A stretch of 64,000 bases of DNA from a virus. The DNA is taken from IMG/VR virus record IMGVR_UViG_3300042564_004498, positions 64,001-128,000 of that record; one strand, 5' to 3'. This document shows, one piece after another, positions 9,115 through 17,927 of this stretch. Within the stretch, counting starts at the first letter, position 1. Every line of letters starts with the position of its first letter. The translations under genes and the position numbers were made by a program. A model generated the notes under the pieces. It ran no database searches. It saw nothing but the letters and a program-made list of their open reading frames with translations, and was not told where the DNA came from.

Positions 9115-9534
9115 ATGAAATACATTATAAAAGAATCACAATATGATAGATTATTGGAGAATAAATCCAATAAAATGGAAATATTCCAAGACTTAATTAA
9201 TGGTAAGTTAGAATATATTAAAAAACATTGCGACGAATATAATGCTGATAATTATCCAAACGATATCTCATTTGATTCTTGTGATGAAGTTTCAACAATT
9301 GAAAATATTAGAGTTGTTAACTTTGAGTATGCCACTTCTAACCATCACCCTTACAATGATTCCACAAAAACAACATCAATCATATTACATCTTATAATTG
9401 AATATGATTTTATGAAATATAAGTCTTATGATAATGTTATTGAGGATATTAAACAAATGTTAATGAAATCAACAGGTCTACCAATTAGTATACAGTTTGA
9501 CACCAATAATATTAGAAAAGATTTTAATTGGTAA
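9115..9534 (+). CDS. MKYIITE-family protein
   Basis: MKYIIKESQY; STGLPI. Confidence 0.8.
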   Translation: MKYIIKESQYDRLLENKSNKMEIFQDLINGKLEYIKKHCDEYNADNYPNDISFDSCDEVSTIENIRVVNFEYATSNHHPYNDSTKTTSIILHLIIEYDFMKYKSYDNVIEDIKQMLMKSTGLPISIQFDTNNIRKDFNW

Positions 9535-9536
9535 TC

Positions 9537-9944
9537 CTAAACATTTTTAATTCTTTCTCTCAACTCTGTTGAACTATACCCGTGAGTTCTTTTATTATAA
9601 TGGTATTCCATATGTAATTCCCTACCCGTAAAGATTTTATGTTCATATTCATCACCTAATATTCTAATATCAATATTGTAATTCTGTAAGATAGTCAGTA
9701 ATTCACTCTCACTACTATAAGGTATTACCTCATCCACATATTTCACCGAAGATAACTGAACCCATCTTTCATAAAACGATTGAACTGGTTGGTTTTTAGT
9801 TGGTCTATCAATTGTTGGGTCAACCTGTAACGCAACAATAAGATAATCACAAACCGATTTTGCCTCTTTCAACATTAAGATATGACCTGCGTGTAATAAA
9901 TCAAATGTACTAGCAGTTATACCTCTTTTAACCTTATTATCCAT
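9537..9944 (-). CDS. cytidylyltransferase (glycerol-3-phosphate cytidylyltransferase TagD-like)
   Basis: TFDLLHAGH (HxGH), YVDEVIPY, RTHGYSSTELR. Confidence 0.9.
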   Translation of the reverse strand: MDNKVKRGITASTFDLLHAGHILMLKEAKSVCDYLIVALQVDPTIDRPTKNQPVQSFYERWVQLSSVKYVDEVIPYSSESELLTILQNYNIDIRILGDEYEHKIFTGRELHMEYHYNKRTHGYSSTELRERIKNV

Positions 9945-10323
9945 TGTGAGATTCTATTTTTGAATTTTTGAAGATTAATATACATCCAATTATTAATAAA
10001 ACTAAACCACCAACTTTACCAACCGTTTCTTTCTCAACAAATTGATTTAATACCTGTAATGTGATTAGACTTATAGTATAAACAGTTGCGTTTTCTCCAA
10101 ACAAAGCGTTACATCTTTTATAGATGGTTGTGAAGTTAAACCAAAATGTTGGAGCCAAAATCACCAAACCTAAAGTTAATAAACCCATGTTATTTGTACC
10201 TATACCGTAACCCAAAGTAAATCCGCCCAAGTAAGCGATAACTGATGCTAATAATATTCTAAGGAAATAATTTAACCCAGAAATTGTTCCACTAAACTCA
10301 AAAAACTTTTTTATTTTTTCCAT
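9937..10323 (-). CDS. DUF805-like membrane protein
   Basis: F.GTISGLNYF..YKR pattern; 4 TM segments. Confidence 0.65.
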   Translation of the reverse strand: MEKIKKFFEFSGTISGLNYFLRILLASVIAYLGGFTLGYGIGTNNMGLLTLGLVILAPTFWFNFTTIYKRCNALFGENATVYTISLITLQVLNQFVEKETVGKVGGLVLLIIGCILIFKNSKIESHNG

Positions 10324-10377
10324 CTTTTTTTTTATAAAAATAGATAGAATAAATCACATTGTAAAATGTTAACAGGA

Positions 10378-11346
10378 TTAAATTTTACCGATTAGAACTT
10401 TTGGAGTAATCCCTAAAGCCGCTGCTGTTGAAAGTCTTGTGTTACCGGCCACTAAATGATACCTATCCCCAAACTGTAATATCATAGGAGAGTCGTAATC
10501 ACCACTAAGAAGTGCCTTTTTAAGTTTTAATGGTGATGTTTTATTGTATTTTAATGCAAGAGCATTAACTTTTTTGATATCACCTTTTTTAAACTTATTA
10601 GATTCGGTGTTCTCAAGTTTAGACCATATATCTTTTGTTAAATCAACTTTTTTGGCTTTAGTAAATGCAGATACAACATCTTTAACTGTAGTCTCAATAT
10701 CACCATCTCTACTTAAGTCTTGTACTGCTCTTTCAATCTCATCCATCTCACCGTCAATGTACTTATCTTTTTTCTTATGAATCTCGTTTAATTCATTTTT
10801 AAGTTCTAAAAACTCTTCATTAGTACCTGTGATAACATAGTCCTCTAATCTATCAAAGTTTTTAAACCCTAATTCATTCATGACATCAGGATTTTCTTTC
10901 ATTAATTTTAGAAACCCTTTTGTTCCATTGGACTTTGATAAAATAGATTCATTGTAAACAACTTTATTTAAATCAGGATATGTCTTTTGAAATTGTTTCA
11001 TGAATATACCTGACAATACATTAGACATATTCTCTTCAGGACCACCGATATCTTGGATTTTATCGGTATCTTTATACCCCATCTTTTGATGTTGGTACTC
11101 ATGTACCCATTCATGTGAGATAGTCCTTAAGATGTCAATTAATAGTCTTCCTTTGGATAATACATGAATGGTATGATTAGGTAATCTAACACCTGTAGTC
11201 ATGCCATTATTACGCTTATCAACAAAGACAAATTTGACATCATCAGTTAATGATAATTTGTTCTGTAAAAAATTAAGAAACTTCTTTATGGTAGAAGTAC
11301 TTTTTTCATCTAAAGACTTATCTGTTTTTTTTATGGATACTTTCAT
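10378..11346 (-). CDS. zincin (HExxH) plus ParB/Srx-like domain protein
   Basis: SHEWVHEYQH; C-terminal PMIL..YHLVAGNTRL. Confidence 0.7.
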   Translation of the reverse strand: MKVSIKKTDKSLDEKSTSTIKKFLNFLQNKLSLTDDVKFVFVDKRNNGMTTGVRLPNHTIHVLSKGRLLIDILRTISHEWVHEYQHQKMGYKDTDKIQDIGGPEENMSNVLSGIFMKQFQKTYPDLNKVVYNESILSKSNGTKGFLKLMKENPDVMNELGFKNFDRLEDYVITGTNEEFLELKNELNEIHKKKDKYIDGEMDEIERAVQDLSRDGDIETTVKDVVSAFTKAKKVDLTKDIWSKLENTESNKFKKGDIKKVNALALKYNKTSPLKLKKALLSGDYDSPMILQFGDRYHLVAGNTRLSTAAALGITPKVLIGKI

Positions 11347-11362
11347 TATTTATAAATATAAC

Positions 11363-11388
11363 AAAACCCCCGATTTCTCGAGGGTTTC
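11363..11388 (-). terminator. intrinsic terminator
   Basis: Minus strand AAACCCTCG-agaaat-CGGGGGTTTTG. Confidence 0.65.
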
Positions 11389-11582
11389 TATAGTCAGGTT
11401 GGAAGTTCAATAAGTAAATCAAAAAGAGTTTTAAGTTTTGACAAATTAATTTTGAACTGCTGAGTGTTGAGGTTTGAGTACTTTATCATCATCAAAACGT
11501 CGAGGACTCTGTTAATAGTTTGTAGGTAATACGGAATAGTCCATATACATTACATTATATTCCTCCCGAACGCCGAACTATA
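11389..11582 (-). ncRNA. candidate structured ncRNA with internal 7-nt repeats
   Basis: No credible ORF; 5' and 3' ends complementary; about 7 (C/G)T(C/T)AAAN-like units; terminator follows directly. Confidence 0.55.
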
Positions 11583-11766
11583 CTTTAGGAACCCCACACT
11601 CGAAACAAGTTCTAACAATGATGAAATATCCACCTTCGTTATACAACTTCAAATATTCCTCAGGGTTTTCCGGCTTAACATATTTGGTTGGTCTTAGATA
11701 AGTTCTCTCAATCGGTTTTTCTATATGACAAAAATCACATTCGTCAAACTCCACATCACCACTCAT
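11578..11766 (-). CDS. small zinc-binding protein (62 aa)
   Basis: Start reassigned to MSGDVEF; CDFC..CFEC. Confidence 0.65.
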   Translation of the reverse strand: MSGDVEFDECDFCHIEKPIERTYLRPTKYVKPENPEEYLKLYNEGGYFIIVRTCFECGVPKV

Positions 11767-11767
11767 A

Positions 11768-12205
11768 TTATATTTCGGTGATTTGGTTATGGTAATCCAA
11801 AATATCTTGAATTTCTTCAATTTGTCCTTCCATATGTTTAACCATCTCGTCTCTTTCAACAATTGAGATTTCCGTCTCTTTCACCGCAGGTGTCTCACGA
11901 TTTCTTGAGTAGTAATCTTGAACAATCCCCTCATTACAATCCAAGTTTTTAATTCTCGCAATCATAGACTTCAATTCCGACAATCTAAAAATGTGTTGAT
12001 ACACTGGACCATTTGCTCTGTGGATGTTTGTTTTAAGTTCCACTAACTCATTACTCTTTTGATTAAGTAATTCCATTGATTCTTTTGCCGAATATGGTCT
12101 AACATTACCAACCTCAACCGAGTTGTATGTTGCCACTCTAGTGTGTAAATCTAAAATCTCTTTAACCAATCGGTTTTTCTCTTTTAACGCCTTTTTAATA
12201 TTCAT
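11768..12205 (-). CDS. DIP1984/septicolysin-like coiled-coil protein
   Basis: MNIKKALKEKNRL..N..LVELKTNIHRAN..IQDILDYHNQITEI matches my recollection of the family pattern. Confidence 0.7.
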   Translation of the reverse strand: MNIKKALKEKNRLVKEILDLHTRVATYNSVEVGNVRPYSAKESMELLNQKSNELVELKTNIHRANGPVYQHIFRLSELKSMIARIKNLDCNEGIVQDYYSRNRETPAVKETEISIVERDEMVKHMEGQIEEIQDILDYHNQITEI

Positions 12206-12215
12206 ATTTTATTTT

Positions 12216-12704
12216 TTAATTTATTAAATTAATAACTATAAAAGTCGCAACTACTCCTAAAATTAATCCAATTGTAAATGCCTTAATCGAATCGTTTGAT
12301 TTAACCGGCTCTTCAATCACCTCAACAGGTTTTGGTTTATTGTATCTCTTTTTATAGTATGGTTTTTTCTTTTTAACAGGAGCAGAATACTCACCATTCT
12401 CAGTGATGTTTTTAACTATTTTTGTTTTTGATTCTTCTGATAAAAAATCTTTAGAATCTTTTACAATTTTAGGTGTGTTTCTTTTTTCTTTGTTGAATAA
12501 TTCTTCTTCAACGTGTTCGCTTAATTTTCTTGAACTCATTTCTTTTGTTTTTTTTATTAAATTTAATGGTGGTAGTGGTATCAATTTACTTCCTCCTTTG
12601 GACGGTTTTAAAAAACTCCAATAGTTCTTTTGGAAATTAACCAATTGTTCTCTGTAATCCTCTATTGATTGTCCTGGATATGGTACAGGTAATAATTTCC
12701 CCAT
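12216..12704 (-). CDS. hypothetical protein, Lys-rich, C-terminal TM anchor
   Basis: Terminal hydrophobic helix; start uncertain (12704 or 12728). Confidence 0.65.
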   Translation of the reverse strand: MGKLLPVPYPGQSIEDYREQLVNFQKNYWSFLKPSKGGSKLIPLPPLNLIKKTKEMSSRKLSEHVEEELFNKEKRNTPKIVKDSKDFLSEESKTKIVKNITENGEYSAPVKKKKPYYKKRYNKPKPVEVIEEPVKSNDSIKAFTIGLILGVVATFIVINLIN

Positions 12705-12763
12705 TGAATTTTCTAACTTACTATTCAATAATAAAACAATAAATTGTATTTGTCAAATATTAT

Positions 12764-13105
12764 TTAATCATCCCCATCAGAATCCCATTCAGTTAACACA
12801 AATTCCAACCTAACACCTTCAATATGACCGTAACGATTTTTCCATGCCGTTGCTTTAAGTCCTCCACTTGAACTGTGATACTCACAATCAGCAGCAACTT
12901 TATTTTCCTTATCTTTAACACCATCTATTGCACTCCTAAGTCTATTAACCGCAGAACTTTTTAACATCTCTATAGTTGGTACTCCATCACCTCTCCATTG
13001 CCAATTAAGAACCTTCATGACCCCATAACATTTGAAAAAATCAAAGTTTTCTATTATTTCATCAATCATTTTATTTTCTTTCAAATATGGTGAAATTTTT
13101 GTCAT
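12764..13105 (-). CDS. hypothetical phage protein
   Basis: 113 aa ORF. Confidence 0.7.
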   Translation of the reverse strand: MTKISPYLKENKMIDEIIENFDFFKCYGVMKVLNWQWRGDGVPTIEMLKSSAVNRLRSAIDGVKDKENKVAADCEYHSSSGGLKATAWKNRYGHIEGVRLEFVLTEWDSDGDD

Positions 13106-13135
13106 CTGTTTATTAAAGTTAAAATTATTAATCTA

Positions 13136-13162
13136 AAAAAAGGGGAGTTAAACTCCCCTTTT
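13136..13162 (-). terminator. intrinsic terminator
   Basis: AAAAGGGGAG-ttaaa-CTCCCCTTTT(TT). Confidence 0.8.
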
Positions 13163-13165
13163 GAA

Positions 13166-13744
13166 TTACATTGTTCTCACAATGGCTTCAGTCATACCTT
13201 CCCATTTTTTGATTTGACTTTTTGGGATGGTAAATTCCATCACTCCAATCTCCTCAACTCTTTTTAGGTAATCCTCACGAAAACGAGTAGCTTCAGACGC
13301 ATCTTTGATATACTCTACTTTCATGTGTTTAGCACAAGTCTTACCCATACCTGTTAACATTGAAAACTCATCAGTCAAGTCTCTCATACAAGAAGTACAA
13401 ATTTTACCTCTTTTAATTGTCATTTTTCCTGCGAATTTGACTTCTCTTGGTCCAACACCTAATAAACGGGTGATGTCAATTAAAGTTGGGTTAAATTCCA
13501 ATCCGTAGGTCTCTTTCAATTGTTGACCAATTCTACGACCAATAATTACAGTTTCACCTGGCGTTGGCCAATTCACTTGGATTGTTCTTTCGTTCGCTTC
13601 TTTTTCAAGAATCCTAACAACCGCCGCGTCTTGGTTTGGTGTTAAACCACCGTACTTTGTAATAACATCGTTCATTTTAACAATGAATGAATTAGTACCT
13701 TTGTAATTTTTAACTTTGTCTGATGTAGTAGTAGTCTGTGTCAT
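13166..13744 (-). CDS. DUF6011-like zinc-finger protein
   Basis: CTSCMRDLTDEFSMLTGMGKTCAKH. Confidence 0.7.
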   Translation of the reverse strand: MTQTTTTSDKVKNYKGTNSFIVKMNDVITKYGGLTPNQDAAVVRILEKEANERTIQVNWPTPGETVIIGRRIGQQLKETYGLEFNPTLIDITRLLGVGPREVKFAGKMTIKRGKICTSCMRDLTDEFSMLTGMGKTCAKHMKVEYIKDASEATRFREDYLKRVEEIGVMEFTIPKSQIKKWEGMTEAIVRTM

Positions 13745-13904
13745 AGTCTTATCGTTTTTGTGAATACAAAGATAATCTTTTTTCTAAACTACTCCTAATT
13801 TATTTTTATTTTTTTCCACCTTTTTTTAAGTCTCCAAAGACTCTCTCTCTTACCGCTCCAAACACAAATCCGATAAAAAACACTACAATATACATCATAC
13901 TCTA

Positions 13905-14126
13905 CTATTGAATTAAATCGTCAAAGGCTAATCCGTATTCACCCATTATTTCGGATACTTTTTCTCTAATTTCTTGAGCCATTTCATTATCTTTATACTT
14001 GGACTCACTTCTAAGATATTGGTCAATATCCCAAAGTGCCAATGATAAATCCAAAGCCTTAACACATCTTTTGTGAGCTGTTACATCATCAGGCTCGTTC
14101 AAATCAAACTCTAATATTCCTTTCAT
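13905..14126 (-). CDS. hypothetical phage protein
   Basis: 73 aa, MKGILEFDL. Confidence 0.7.
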   Translation of the reverse strand: MKGILEFDLNEPDDVTAHKRCVKALDLSLALWDIDQYLRSESKYKDNEMAQEIREKVSEIMGEYGLAFDDLIQ

Positions 14127-14130
14127 ATTT

Positions 14131-14700
14131 TTAGTCTTTAAATAAATTATTCAAATATCTAAACATTTCACCATATGGGTGATTCTCTTTTCTATCCCAT
14201 CCTAACTGAACGATGAAATTATCATTCTCATTTTTATACATCTCAAACATACGAGATTTAGTCATCTTTGAATACTGCACATTTGCAATACGGTCACAAA
14301 GTTTGACGAACACCGCACCTGATGTGTTTCTAATACCTTCGTAATATTTGTCTCCCGCTCTTTCTTTACGGTTCTTACCTTTGTCGTTAGTCACCGCAAA
14401 GACAATATCTGCAGCTTCCTGTCCAATTTGGTTCATAACATCATTGTAAGACACTCTACAGTCCTCTATAAGGTCATGACCCCAAATGGCTCTCATACAA
14501 GCAGCTCTTAAAGTAATTTGGTCTTGTAATGGACCACGAAACGGCTCTCCCGTAAAATAGTCCAAAGTACCATCCAAAAGATGTTTGAACTCTTTACCAA
14601 CTTCATTAACCATTCGTAAGTGTATCTCATATGGAAGATAGGTATCGTACATATGATTTGTTTTTCGGTGTTGTTCAATACACCATTGTTGCATATCCAT
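14131..14700 (-). CDS. HD-domain hydrolase (SpoT/Mesh1-like)
   Basis: PYEIHL, GHDLIED, VKLCDRIAN. Confidence 0.85.
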   Translation of the reverse strand: MDMQQWCIEQHRKTNHMYDTYLPYEIHLRMVNEVGKEFKHLLDGTLDYFTGEPFRGPLQDQITLRAACMRAIWGHDLIEDCRVSYNDVMNQIGQEAADIVFAVTNDKGKNRKERAGDKYYEGIRNTSGAVFVKLCDRIANVQYSKMTKSRMFEMYKNENDNFIVQLGWDRKENHPYGEMFRYLNNLFKD

Positions 14701-14711
14701 AATCTTATTTA

Positions 14712-15164
14712 TTAATTTTGGGCGAATGCTTTATCCGCCCAAGTTTTAGCTCCCATTCTACCCCATAATTCCATGTCACACATGTCAGGGAATGATTCTC
14801 TCATTGTTCCTACGGTTAACACATTCAAAAACCCTTTGTCAATTGAGTACCATTTACCGCTTTTAGTTGTGTAAACATTCATCCAATGACCGTACTCATT
14901 TTTTACTTGGATGTTAACTAAAGAATTTTTTCCGTATCCTCTGATAACTTCAGATGCAGTTCCTTTAGTATCGTGGATATTGATGAACCCCGCTTGACAT
15001 TTATTTGCAATACGGAATTCGTAGTCTTTGTCTTGGTCTTTGATGTGGTTAGAAACCATTACAGAAACTCTTTTGTTTTTTACTGTAGTGTTGAAAGTGC
15101 CGTAGAATACATCTCCAGCTAATGTTCCTTCTGTTACTTTGATGATGGTGTTTGTAGTTGTCAT
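14712..15164 (-). CDS. hypothetical protein
   Basis: 150 aa; own host-type promoter. Confidence 0.75.
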   Translation of the reverse strand: MTTTNTIIKVTEGTLAGDVFYGTFNTTVKNKRVSVMVSNHIKDQDKDYEFRIANKCQAGFINIHDTKGTASEVIRGYGKNSLVNIQVKNEYGHWMNVYTTKSGKWYSIDKGFLNVLTVGTMRESFPDMCDMELWGRMGAKTWADKAFAQN

Positions 15165-15221
15165 AGTCTTATCGTTTTTGTGTATACAAAGATAAGGTTT
15201 AATTCCGAACTACCAAAACTT

Positions 15222-15470
15222 TTATTTATTTTTACAAATATGTTCTTGGTAACAACCTTGACCAGCACCTTCAAGATAACCATCCCTCAAGTCTATGTGT
15301 GTAGATATTAAATAAGGCGTATCTTTACCGCATATTACACATTTATCATATTGTGGTTGTTCAGAGTTTCTCTTTGCCTCCCAATATTTATTTCGGACTT
15401 TTTCACCAAGCATCTCATTATTTGGTGTTTCCAAAATTTCTTTTTCTGTTAAAGTAACTAATATTTCCAT
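15222..15470 (-). CDS. small Cys-rich protein
   Basis: CVICG..GAGQGC. Confidence 0.7.
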   Translation of the reverse strand: MEILVTLTEKEILETPNNEMLGEKVRNKYWEAKRNSEQPQYDKCVICGKDTPYLISTHIDLRDGYLEGAGQGCYQEHICKNK

Positions 15471-15532
15471 AGTGATAATATTTTTTTATAAATATAGAAA
15501 TTAACTATTAGAAAACAAAGGTATTTATTAAT

Positions 15533-15922
15533 ATGATTAATGAAGAAATTTTAACAGAAAAAATTAAATATATTATAATCTCTGAATCAGGAAAAGAATT
15601 TGAGATTATGGATGTCTCATTAGAAATGGATTATTTATCTAACGACAAATTAACAATTGAATCGTATCGTGTTTTTGTTAAATTTGATTATAATAATGCT
15701 ATTGACCCTGATTTACATTATTTCACTAAAGATATTACAAGAATGTCTGAAAAAATGCGTAATATTATTAGCAAATATGTGATAGACTCCAAAGGTAAAT
15801 TAATACAAGGAGGTGAAAATACTTCCATAAGTGAAGGTGATATTTGGACATTAGATTTCGCTGCAGATGAAAGACATATTTTTGATATGTCTTACCTAAT
15901 TGTACCAAATAAAGAAGATTAA
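15533..15922 (+). CDS. hypothetical protein
   Basis: 129 aa; TATTTAT upstream. Confidence 0.7.
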   Translation: MINEEILTEKIKYIIISESGKEFEIMDVSLEMDYLSNDKLTIESYRVFVKFDYNNAIDPDLHYFTKDITRMSEKMRNIISKYVIDSKGKLIQGGENTSISEGDIWTLDFAADERHIFDMSYLIVPNKED

Positions 15923-15924
15923 TT

Positions 15925-16776
15925 ATGAGCGAAAAATTACAAAGACTATCAATAAAAATGGCGGAATTATTCCCCAAAGATGCTTCATCACCTCAAGTAT
16001 ATTATGATTTATTTAAAGACATATACAAACAACAAAAAGACTATTTTTTTAATTTTGACCCATCAGATATTATTAAATTAATATTCTACATATACTCTTA
16101 CAACAAAACAAATAATTTTAAGTTAGCCGATTTAATGTTAAACAAAATAGGGTTTGCTAGTTTATTTATAACTCAAGGAGATAATTACCTTGAAACTTGT
16201 TCAGATTGTGGTGGTAATGGTGAAGTGGATTGTAGTAGTTGTGACGGGTCAGGGGAAGTAGAATGTGATGAATGTTATGGTACAGGAGAAGTAGAATGTG
16301 ATGAATGTCTTGGTAGTGGGGTAGATAGCAATAACCCAGAAGAACAATGTTCTGAATGTAATGGTTCAGGTGTTAGAACATGTGGTTCATGTCACGGAGA
16401 TGCTGAGTTAGATTGTGACAATTGTAATGACGGAAAAGAACTTTGTTATAGTTGTGATTCAACAGGTGAGATTGAAACCGATAAATTATTATATGACTAT
16501 TATGTTATTTGTACTTGGGACACATTTATTAAGGACCGATGTGAATTAAGAGCTGAGACCCTTGAACCAGCTTTATCTGAATATGATTTTGATAGATTAA
16601 GAGACGATTTTATTGTATTAGGATATCAAGAATCTTATCAAAGATTTATTGACGGAATACAAACTAACGAAGTTTATTGTTCCAACTATAGTGATGAACC
16701 AGAATTACATAAAAGTTATTCATCAGATTATAAAATTTGGATGGATGATAGTGATATGATACGATACGAAGGATAA
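15925..16776 (+). CDS. protein with expanded DnaJ-type CxxCxGxG zinc-finger repeats
   Basis: Eight CxxC motifs; no J-domain HPD. Confidence 0.8.
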   Translation: MSEKLQRLSIKMAELFPKDASSPQVYYDLFKDIYKQQKDYFFNFDPSDIIKLIFYIYSYNKTNNFKLADLMLNKIGFASLFITQGDNYLETCSDCGGNGEVDCSSCDGSGEVECDECYGTGEVECDECLGSGVDSNNPEEQCSECNGSGVRTCGSCHGDAELDCDNCNDGKELCYSCDSTGEIETDKLLYDYYVICTWDTFIKDRCELRAETLEPALSEYDFDRLRDDFIVLGYQESYQRFIDGIQTNEVYCSNYSDEPELHKSYSSDYKIWMDDSDMIRYEG

Positions 16777-16778
16777 TT

Positions 16779-17276
16779 ATGAGTAATATAAAAACATTTT
16801 TAAAAGTCTTAAATAAAGTTGGTTACCCAAATCCTGACTTAGATTCTATTTTCAGAATGGTAGATTACGACTTATATGATTTATTACCTGACTTAGTTAA
16901 TGAGGTTGGTGAAGATGGTGCCAATGACTTTATTGAAAGGGCTATAAGTAAAGTTTATAATGGTGGTAAAGGAATTAGAGTTACCGTTAATGATGGAGAC
17001 TATGGTGAATATGCATACATTAAACTTGAAAACCCTCATGTTTCTTTAGAGAATGACGACACAACAGTACTTTCAAGATGGAGTTGGGGAGAAACTAAAT
17101 TATTAACCTCAGACGAGGATGGTAATGAAATTTACAAAACCATGGACCAAATATCTGAAGAGACTGACATGGGAGATTGGGGAGAATATGAAGAACTTGT
17201 TGAATACATAAAAACTCAATGTAATGATTTTATGTATAGAAATTGTGGGTTTGGCATTTGGTGGGATGAACAATAA
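16779..17276 (+). CDS. hypothetical acidic protein
   Basis: 165 aa ORF. Confidence 0.75.
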   Translation: MSNIKTFLKVLNKVGYPNPDLDSIFRMVDYDLYDLLPDLVNEVGEDGANDFIERAISKVYNGGKGIRVTVNDGDYGEYAYIKLENPHVSLENDDTTVLSRWSWGETKLLTSDEDGNEIYKTMDQISEETDMGDWGEYEELVEYIKTQCNDFMYRNCGFGIWWDEQ

Positions 17277-17301
17277 AAAAGAGAGACCGAAGTCTCTCTT
17301 T
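17275..17301. terminator. bidirectional intrinsic terminator
   Basis: AAAAAAGAGAGAC-cgaa-GTCTCTCTTT between convergent genes. Confidence 0.85.
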
Positions 17302-17340
17302 AGGGCCGTACCGTTTTAGTACAGATTCCACCACCAAGTT

Positions 17341-17637
17341 TTATCTAACTTGGAAATCATTATCTCTAAAAATTTGATTCACTAATTCTTCTAATCTTTT
17401 ACCCGACATGTAACCAGCAACCTCTCCATCATCAGGACAAAAGAAATTAGTCATAAATTCACCCGTTTCCAAATTAATAATTGCTAATTCAAATGTATTA
17501 ATAAAATCCCCATATAATCCTTGACAACCACCTACAATAGAAAACTTAATAACATCGTTACTAATAACCGTAATTCGCCCTTTCTCTCTTACAGGATGTT
17601 GTTTTGACCAATCAATTATATTTTGAATTGTTATCAT
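17341..17637 (-). CDS. hypothetical protein
   Basis: 98 aa, GLYGD..TFELAI. Confidence 0.7.
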   Translation of the reverse strand: MITIQNIIDWSKQHPVREKGRITVISNDVIKFSIVGGCQGLYGDFINTFELAIINLETGEFMTNFFCPDDGEVAGYMSGKRLEELVNQIFRDNDFQVR

Positions 17638-17927
17638 TTTTGATTTCTAATTTGTTTTAACTTAACCTCTAATAAATCAATATTAAATCTGTCGTTTTTA
17701 CTTTTGTTTGGTTTATTTCGTAACTCCTTAATAAGCTCAATAACAGTTTCTTCCTCTGTTTTTTCTTTAACTTCCTCCTTAATCACATCCAAAGGAATGA
17801 TTGGTTCAGGAATATTTTTTTTGATTTGTTTGTTAGCATGACTCTCACCAAGTTTATATGCTCCGTATAGAAGAGCTCCCGCTCCTGCGATTTTAAGGAT
17901 TCCTCCTAATAATGTGTCTCTACTCAT
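17634..17927 (-). CDS. hypothetical protein with N-terminal TM
   Basis: 97 aa, ATGA overlaps. Confidence 0.7.
   Translation of the reverse strand: MSRDTLLGGILKIAGAGALLYGAYKLGESHANKQIKKNIPEPIIPLDVIKEEVKEKTEEETVIELIKELRNKPNKSKNDRFNIDLLEVKLKQIRNQK

Larger units (their letters stand above)
13740..15195 (-). repeat. duplicated 36-nt promoter/leader/start unit (13740-13775 and 15160-15195)
   Basis: gtcatagtcttatcgtttttgtg(a/t)atacaaagataa, one mismatch. Confidence 0.85.

Noticed and set aside
5837-9534. Diversity-generating retroelement or integron as the source of the array
   Set aside because: No reverse transcriptase, TR/VR pair, integrase or attC-like spacers in the window; genes abut directly
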